Source: Octopus sinensis (Eukaryota). From it: DNA of 64,000 bases. The notes beneath the pieces were generated by a model. That model made no database searches, was not told the DNA's origin, and worked only from the letters and a program-made list of their open reading frames with translations. The DNA lies in the NCBI RefSeq assembly GCF_006345805.1, contig NC_043002.1, positions 29,326,001 to 29,390,000 of the forward strand, in the 5' to 3' direction. Shown one piece after another: positions 55,036 through 64,000 of this stretch. Numbering within the stretch: position 1 is the first letter of the stretch; each line of letters opens with the position of its first letter. The position numbers and the translations under genes are program-made.

Positions 55036-55229
55036 ATGTAAAGATTAAATTTATTGATTATTGTTGAAATTAGTGTTACAGTAATTAGTGCGGGATACAG
55101 TTTGTGCTGAGTGCTGTTGACGTTGGTAGTCGTATCTTCGGTGGTTGTGATACAGTCACCGATAACAGTGTGAGTAGTAGTTTAGGTAGTAGTATATCAT
55201 ATTTTTGTATATTTGGAGAATGTGGGTGA

Positions 55230-55712
55230 GTATGATGACAATGACAATGATAAATGAAGTCAAGTCGATGATGATAGTGACGATGGTGATGATAGTGGTG
55301 CTTGTGATGGCTCTGATGATCAGAATGATGATGTAGTTGATGATGGCTATTGATAATGATGACGACGACGACGACGACGATGATGATGATGATGTTGACG
55401 ACGATGACGATGCTGATGTTGATGGTGATGATGATGATGATGATGACAAGCACGAAGATTCTGGTGATGATGATGATGTTGCAAGTGGTGATGAGGAAAA
55501 GCTAGGAGAATGGTTATGGAGGTGATGATGATGATGATGTTGAAAAGGACGAAAGGGAAAAGGAAAACACACACGTAAAAAAAACAAATCCGGGGACAGT
55601 TATGAGGATAAAAATGTTGATGGTGATGGTGATGGTGATGATGACGATGATGACCACGACGACGACGACGACTTCGACGACGACGATGACAAATATAAAG
55701 ATGATGATGATG
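55230..55712. repeat. (GAT/GAC)n low-complexity tract
   Basis: Directly visible. Confidence 0.9.
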
Positions 55713-56616
55713 AGAGTAATTTTGGATACACTTTAAATTGATTCTGCCTATGGTCCCATATAGTGGTGTCGGTGGCAGCGACACCGTCCGATCAAACCTG
55801 CAGGGGCCAGTGATGGTGTCGAATCGGACGTTTATAGGCTCACGCTTATATTTCATTTCACTTTAGTAAATGACCCCAGCACGTTGGCGTGAATACGATA
55901 AAAATTTCTTTCGGGTTGTCGGTTGTGGCAAGATAGAGGCTGGCTATTTTGTTTCATTCGTTACTCTTGCTTGTCTTGTCTTGTAACATTTTTCTCGTTC
56001 TTCTTTCTTTTCCAATTTGTTTGTTTCTTTAGATTATAAGAGAGTTAGGTTCAATTTAGATAGACCGCCGTTCTTCATCATATTGATCGGGTGAGGTGAG
56101 AGAAAGACAAGTGTTGTGATTAAAGTGAAAGAATAAAGAGAAAAACATACAGTTATGGTGGCCATAGCGAGAAGAAAGAAGGAGAAAGAGATGGAGAAGA
56201 GAGACATGGAGAGTGTGGAGGTGGGTAGGGAGATAGAGTGAGTGAACGAAATAGATAGTATGTGATAAAAGAGCGAAAGACGCAAGCAATTATGTTTGTG
56301 TATGCATGTATATATGTATATATATATGTATATATATATATATGTATGTATGTATATATATATATATATAATATAATATATATATATATATCTATATATA
56401 TAATATATATAACTATATATATATACATATGCACATACATACACCCATACATTTAGAGTAAGAATGAGAAAAGAATGCGCATGTGTGAGTATGTATACTA
56501 AGTATATATATATATATATATATATATTTCCGTGTTTGTGTATAAAAATATATTTCTACGTGCGTCTATTCCGCTTTTCGAGTTACTTTTCCATTATTAT
56601 ATATACACATACATAT

Positions 56617-56708
<92 letters not shown>

Positions 56709-58470
56709 TTTGTATGTATGTAAGTATGTATGTATGTATGTATGTATGATGTATGTATGTATGTATGTATGTATGTATATACATGTATATATGTATGTTT
56801 TTATGTATACTATAACAGATAGGACTGGGGAGAGAGGAAGAAAGAGAGAGAGAGAGAGTGTGAGAGAGTGAGAAAGTGAGAAAGAAAGCGAGTGTATGAG
56901 AATTGGAATAAGAAATCAGATGAAATTGTCAAGTTGACCAATATATTATTATTACACCTGGAACAACTAAAGCTGTAACTCTTTTGTTTCCAGAGGAAGA
57001 AATGTTATAGGGCAGCCATGTTTGGGCGAAGTCATTAGAGAAAGCGATATTTCTTTTGACTGGCACCACTGTAAACAGGCGGAACAATCTTGGTTTGGCA
57101 GCTTCGTATATTAATGAAAAATTATTGTTTCTTGTGGCTGGGCAGTGGTGCTAACGGTTGTGGAAGTGAGGTGGTTGTGGGGGAGCTGGTGGTAGTAGTC
57201 TTGGTAATAATGAATGGTAGAGAGACAGGGGTTAGTTTGAAGTTGTGGTGATGCTTGTGTTGGCAGTGTAGCCAGTGGTTGTGGTGCCTTTTGTGTTTAT
57301 GCTAGTCTAGTGGTTGTTGCTGTTGTAGTAGCGGTGGTTGTTATTGGTTTAGAGATTGTGGTGGTGCTGTGGTTGATGTTTCTGTTAGTGATGGTGCTGG
57401 TCCCGGTGGTGTGTGGTTGATACTTCTATAATGATGACGGAGGTAGTGTTGTGGTGATGTAGTGATGGTGCTGGTGATGGCAGTGGTGGTGCTGTAGTTG
57501 TTACTGTTGCGGTGTTGGTGTTGGTGGCGGTGTGGCTGTTACTGTTGTATGATGATGGCGGCGGTGGTGATCTGGTTGATGTTGTTGGAGGCGATAGTTT
57601 CATTTGATAGAATCTGAGGTTGGATTTAGTTTTGGTGGACGTTTTATCATGGTAGTGCTGGAAGTAATATCGAGAATTAAACATAGACGGAGGGGTGTTT
57701 TTAGTTGGTCATAACGATGGCAGTAACGGCAGTAGTAGTACAATGGTGGAGTGTCGATGAAAGTGGCGATGGTGATGATATATCGGCAATGGTGCGGTTG
57801 AAGATGAGTTCGCTTAGCACATCCCCGAATGAAGTGAGCAACAGCAACTGGAGCTCAGTTAAAGTTGGCGGGTTGGAGGGGATTCCAAGAGACATTTAGA
57901 AGTAGTGTGAGATATGACGAATTCTAGCGGGTAAGACTAGTTCGTGGAGATTGCTTATGGGGAGAGATTGAAGGTTCAAGCTGACCCTAGTTTCGGAATT
58001 AGTGTGTATAAATTAGAATTCCAAGAATTTAATCAAGAGAGGAGGAAAAATAATGGATTGCTGTTATATAGAAAGTTGAGTTGCGTTTCCGCAGCGCTCG
58101 TCTGTGTTGGCGATGGTGTTGCTTCCTTTGTGGTTGTGTTCATATAATTTGTAGTGGTTGTAGTGCTTCCTGCTTTTGCTGTCGGAGTTGGAGATCGTCG
58201 TGATTGTGGCAAGGGAATTTTTTAGGCAATTTTATTTGAGTTAGTGTTGATGGATTTTGTTAGTACCGGCAGGTGTGGTGTTAGTATTATTGTCATGCTA
58301 ATTGTTGTTTAGGCCCTGGCTGGCAATGATATGGGTTTTCTATGAATAAAAATGTTCCAGAATTCACGATCTCATCTTATTTCTTATAACCATGAGACCA
58401 ATATCTGTGTGTCCCTCCTCTTTTAAAGTTAACCGAGATATAAAAAGAGGGAAATTTACGCACACACACA

Positions 58471-58560
<90 letters not shown>

Positions 58561-58573
58561 CAGAGTCTCCCCT

Positions 58574-58608
<35 letters not shown>

Positions 58609-59259
58609 TTACATACATGGACAACTGCTCCTAATTATGGTCACCGCATTGCATTTAACTAACAACGAACTCAAGTTGATCGAACGAGGAAGATTACCTC
58701 AGAGAAGCAATTATGTTGCTGGGAGAGATTGTAAAGACTGAGGCACTACTACTTCCTTGAGCGGAAGCACAAAAGATGTGTGGTGATACATATTTGAAAG
58801 GACAAGCGCTCAACGATGGGGTTATAGGATATACGAAAGCTCTAATTGGGTGCCACTGCACTGTACTGAATCCAGCTGTCTCCAAAGTAAGGATTAAAAC
58901 ACTCGAAAAGATTATGTGCTCAGCACATTTCAATAACTTCCTCGCCTCCAAATCGGAGATCTACTCGGACTAGTCGGGGTATCTTAAAAATATCACGTTG
59001 GTAAATGTAAGACACCAGATGAAACAGTATCACACTAAGAATCATTGTCCAAAAATTTGATTGAACTAATCCAGAGAAGGATTTGGAAGTGAAAAATAAA
59101 AATAAAGAAAATAGACAATTAATCCCATGACGGTGAACCAGTGAGGCCATAGCATCAATAAAAATTGTATAGTAAAAATATGTATAGATAAGTATGTCTA
59201 TATACTTCTATAAATAAGTATATGCATAAATTTGCATATATATATATAAGTATAAATAC

Positions 59260-59292
<33 letters not shown>

Positions 59293-59348
59293 TGTATGTA
59301 TGTATGTATGTATGTTTGTATGTATGTATGTATGTATGTACATGTATG

Positions 59349-59900
59349 TCAGGTCACTTTCGAGTGCTACTGGTAACATGTAACCCAGTACAACCTGTTG
59401 CATGTTCGGGACGTTGGCGACTAAACCTGCAACCCCACCAAGCTTGCTTGGTGAGGAGGGTGTTTATTGGACACCCTGCGGAATGAAAAACAAAACCCGT
59501 CAAAGGGCGGAGGAACTCTTGAGAGTCAACGGCCATCCAATAAATGTCTTAAGGATGTATTATGCGCGGGGACATAGAAATAATAGGACTGAATACCCGA
59601 TCGCGCGGTTAAACCATTGGGAGTGAAGGACTCCTAGCCTTTGTTAGAGCATCCTTCTAAGAGAAGGTAACTCAGGTAACTGGGATAACTCCGACATAAA
59701 ACCTGCGGCTCAGTGGTTACCGATGATGTTGACTTGTTCTTCTTTTCGGATCATGGCTGGTGTTGCTTAGTGAGTGGGATTGACTCAGTGCACAGCCTTT
59801 CCCCACTTTAAAAAAAATCTTCTTGCACAAGCATTGCACGATAACAACATTGATTAAACTTCGTGCAATGGCCATACTCGATAACGAGGGGGCAGCCACC
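59349..59900 (+). mobile_element. 552-bp hairpin-rich non-coding retroposed element in a (TATG)n tract
   Basis: 17-bp direct flanks atgtatgtacatgtatg (59332-59348 and 59901-59917); RTE 5'UTR-like motif catccttctaagagaaggtaactc; strand inferred from that motif. Confidence 0.7.
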
Positions 59901-60004
59901 ATGTATGTACATGTATGATATTTTATTCAGTATCCATATGTATATAGATGCATGAGTATCTCTCTCTTCCCCCCTCTCTCTCTCTTTATATGTATATGTA
60001 TATC

Positions 60005-60040
<36 letters not shown>

Positions 60041-60969
60041 GTAAATACATATATACATATATACATACATACATTTACTTGTAGGGGTGCGCGTGTGTGT
60101 GTGTTTATGTGTAATCATATGTTATCCGTATACATATATATAATGTCATGTAACATGTGTACATGGTCCTAGTTTTAGCGGTGTTGGTCACATCATCAAA
60201 GTTTCCTGAGTTCAATTCCTGCACCGGGCGCGTTCTGTCCTTGAGCGATGCATATTACTTCTTTTTTGCTCCATACTTCAGAAGTGAAAACAATTACCAG
60301 TCGGCTACTGGTACAGCTCATTCTTCCTCAGTCAATCCCATCATCCATTAGGTCTTAGATTATCCACTGAGGCAGTATTTATGGCAACTCGTGACGACAT
60401 AGATAGTTCCCTAAAACAATTAGCAAAAGCGTGATACAAACCATCAGATCCTACTCGTTTGCGAGTGACGGCTAAGCATATCTGCGTATGCATGTTTGTG
60501 TGTGTGTGAGGTAAGTTTGTAGTTACTACAGTTTGTTTTCTTTTCGCTGTTGCCTTAACTAAATAAATAACAGGCATTAGATTGTTTTCCATTCCTATGC
60601 CATCTGTTGTTATTTATTTTTATTTATTTATATACTGAGTATTTATGAGCACCAGATATATAGCTATCTAATAACTGTCATCCCCTCAGCTCCTCGGTCT
60701 ATCCACTCACACACGCATCCACACAGATTTTACTTGTTCAAACAGGCGCCTGTATATACTCGCAAACACACTAACATATTGACCCACGCACAAATTGTGG
60801 TTGGCCTTCTATATTTCATGGCAAATACTTATTGCATACCAGGTGCAAGGACGAAATAGAGAGTTGCCGGCAAATCATTGAAAGTGACACAGTTACGTGT
60901 TGAGAGGTTCTAGCATATCAGTTATTTGGTAAAATAAGTTACTAAATAGTTACTTGTAAAAGTGAAGCA

Positions 60970-61136
60970 TAGCGTAGGAGTGGCTGTGTGGTAAGTAGCT
61001 TGGTTACGAACTACATGGTTCCGGGTTTCAGTCCCACTGCGTGGCACTTTGGACAAGTGTCTTCTACTATAGCCTCGGGCCGACCAACGACTTGTGAGTG
61101 GAATTGGTAGACGGAAACTGAAAGAAGCCCGTAGTG

Positions 61137-61167
<31 letters not shown>

Positions 61168-61323
61168 ATGTGTTTGTGTTTCTGTGTTAGCGGTTCGGCA
61201 AAAAGAGGCCGATAGAATAAGTACTATGCTTACAAAGAATAAGTCCTGGGGTCGATGTGGTCGACTAAAGGTGGTGCTCCAGCATGGCCGCAGTCAAATA
61301 ACTGAAACAAGTAAAAGAGTAAA
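60970..61323 (+). mobile_element. SINE family B with internal deletion
   Basis: Match to the 53184 copy. Confidence 0.9.
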
Positions 61324-61349
61324 TGCTCACACATATCAGTAAAGACAGA

Positions 61350-61592
61350 CAAAATACCTATTTCTTTACTACCCACAAGGGGCTAAACACAGAGGGGACG
61401 AACAAGGACAGACAAACGGATTAAGTCGATTACATCGACTCCAGTGCGTAACTGGTACTTATTTAATCGACCCCGAAAGGATGAAAGGCAAAGTCGACCT
61501 CGGCGGTATTTGAACTCAGAACGTAACGACAGACGAAATACGGCTACGCATTTCGCCCCGCGTGCTAACGTTTCTGCCAGCTCGTCGCTTTA
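61350..61592 (-). mobile_element. SINE family A
   Basis: Near-consensus copy. Confidence 0.92.
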
Positions 61593-62469
61593 TAAAATGG
61601 CTATATTCTGATATACCAACGCTACCGTCGATTAATTCTTTTTTATGGATGTTCTGACAGTACACTCGGGTACCCGATCTGTCAATAATTACAGAGTTAT
61701 TGTTGAGAAGGTTTCTCGATATAAGTTGATAATTAGAGGATGAGGAAGTAAATTAAAATGTCAAACTAACAGGAGAATTTGAAGATTGTAGGCATCACTC
61801 CCGAAATTCTGTACAGGTATAATTTACTGGAAAAGTTCATGAAGAACAACATTTCTTGTGCAGATATGAGGTGACACTAACGCACCTTGCTATTCTGAAT
61901 TTTCAATCTGGAATTTCCTGAGCCTATCCCAGATCAAGGTATTTCACAGCGTAGACTATAGATACTGCGGTACACCGCACGCTAAGGTAGCATCGCAAAT
62001 TCTTATAACCGCTGCAATGCCGGGAAATCTAAATTTATGAACATTGTGACACAATAAAGACAGCAGCCTGAATTTCCGAATACAAAATATAAACAAAACT
62101 ACAATTAGTGGAAACCTTACTTGAAAGTATATAGAAAAAGATTTTTATTGGTTTGAGTGGAAAAAAAAAATCAAATCAAACTTAAATCTCATTGTTCTAA
62201 AGTATGGCAGCAACTTACCTCAAGAAAATTGTTCGGGCTACAATAGAGATGAAAAAAAAAGGTCAAGAATTCTGAAAATCAAGACATTAATTAAACATTA
62301 AGAAAGCAGAATGAACTTCCAAATATAAACAGAACAACCAAATAGAGATGCTGTTGCAGTAAGAAAAATAGGAAAGCTGTTGGTTAATTTAGAATTCATC
62401 AAATGGTTTCATTAAGTATTATGAGACAAATACAATGCATAAACAGAACGGCTCCGACTGAGTCCAATA

Positions 62470-62514
62470 ATCTTTATATATAAAAGTGAAGTTGTGTGAG
62501 TGTCTGTCTCCTAC
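62470..62514 (+). mobile_element. Possible Helitron 5' end fragment
   Basis: A-TCtttatatataaaag followed by gtgtctgtct, same architecture as the 28724 end. Confidence 0.4.
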
Positions 62515-62588
62515 AAAAAAACACATGCAAATACATCTGTGTTTATTAAAGTCTCACATATATACATATATATGCGCCATCTACGCAT

Positions 62589-62752
62589 AGGCGTAGGGGT
62601 GGCTGTATGGTAAGTAGCTTGCTTACGACCCACATGGTTCCGGGTTCAGTCCCACTGACACCTTGGGCAAGTGTTTTCTACTATAGCCTCGGGTCGACCA
62701 AAACCGTGTGAGTGGATTTGGTAGACGGAAATTGAAAGAAGCCCGTCGTATA
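62589..62752 (+). mobile_element. SINE family B, 5' module
   Basis: Match to the 53184 copy. Confidence 0.85.
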
Positions 62753-63230
62753 TATATATATATGTATGTATGTATGTATTTATGTATGTGTGTTTATATG
62801 TTCGTGTGTATGTGTATAAAATCAATGTATACAATACATATAATACCTATCAAAACTATTTATTATATATAATGCATAATATATTACACAAAAATTTATA
62901 TAATATAGATGTATATACTGTAATTTATTTCTATTTATAATAATATATAATCTTGTGCGTTTTTTACAATGATTTGGGTAGGGCTGATGAATAAAAATTC
63001 TGTAAATAATAGTAATATTTAATGAGCTTAAAGCGTATAAGTAATCAGCGTGTATTAATAGTCCAATATTGTGATATATAAGCCTCTACAGAAACAAAAG
63101 AAGGGTTTCCTCAAGTGTGTAGGTTGAACCCACGAAACTATATACGTGCGATAAGTATGCTACAATTTACGCCAAAGTACCCCCTCGTTTCTTGCCGTTA
63201 GATCTAAGAACAATAACTTCACATCGTCTT

Positions 63231-63285
<55 letters not shown>

Positions 63286-63792
63286 ATATATATGGCCTGC
63301 TCGCTTAGTCAGCGGGACGCGTCATTTGACGGCTAAAACAATGCGAAGCGCATTGTGTCCAGCGATGTGTAGCAACATCTGATAGCCTGGTCGGTTACGG
63401 TGATCACGGTGATATAAATATATATAAAATGCATATTGATATATGTATATATATTTGTGTGTGTGTGTGTGTATATATATACACACGCAAACACGTACAT
63501 ATATACGCGCATACAAACATACACACATATATATCTATGTAGTATAGGAGTGTTGAAAACTAGAGGAGGAATGGAACTCAGTATATAGTTGCATATATAT
63601 AATTCGTGTTTGTCTGCAAAGTTACGTAAATTGCACTTACGAAACTACAATGTGTGTACGTGGGCATATATGTGTACGCTGACCCGTACATGTATGTGAG
63701 CGGGTATAGAAATATATGCGTGTAGCTGTTGTGGTATATACATATATGATATATACATATATACATACGTACATGCGTACATATATATATAT

Positions 63793-63840
<48 letters not shown>

Positions 63841-64000
63841 ATCTGTGTATGTTATATATATATATATATATATAATATATATATATATGTGTGTGTGTGT
63901 TGTGTGTATATATATATTTATATATGCATACATTCAGAGAATGAGAGAGAGAGAAAGACAGAGAGACAGAGACAGAAAGAGGCACTGACGAATGTATCTA

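Noticed and set aside
57261-57283. miR-34-like tggcagtgtagccagtggttgt
   Set aside because: Several mismatches, GT-rich low-complexity context, no precursor hairpin
58640-59150. Short ORFs in complex sequence
   Set aside because: No motif recognised; likely an old transposon relic
59895-59903. Perfect Kozak gccaccATG
   Set aside because: The ATG belongs to the TATG target duplication and no meaningful ORF follows
62080-62400. Possible decayed GIY-YIG relic
   Set aside because: Only scattered residues; needs a profile HMM search

Overview
Eukaryotic, AT-rich, repeat-saturated non-coding DNA (intron or intergenic). The SINE families and microsatellite load look like an Octopus/coleoid cephalopod genome; this is recalled similarity, not a search result. 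I see no host protein-coding gene, rRNA, intact tRNA or CRISPR array, and nearly all listed ORFs are translated microsatellites. Supportable content: two 5'-truncated R4/Dong-type retrotransposon pieces stacked in a (TAA)n tract, a Penelope GIY-YIG 3' fragment, a CR1-type 3' end, mariner/Tc1 relics and MITEs, a non-autonomous Helitron, many copies of three tRNA-derived SINE families, and a 100-N gap. Best leads: two ~500-550 bp microsatellite-inserted elements with no tRNA head (one very hairpin-rich, with a 17-bp TSD), a Penelope 3' region carrying a tRNA-like head and a hammerhead remnant, other hammerhead-like cores, a nested inverted duplication, a TGACCT half-site cluster, a structured unique island and a candidate micro-exon. 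None is proven to be a new system.
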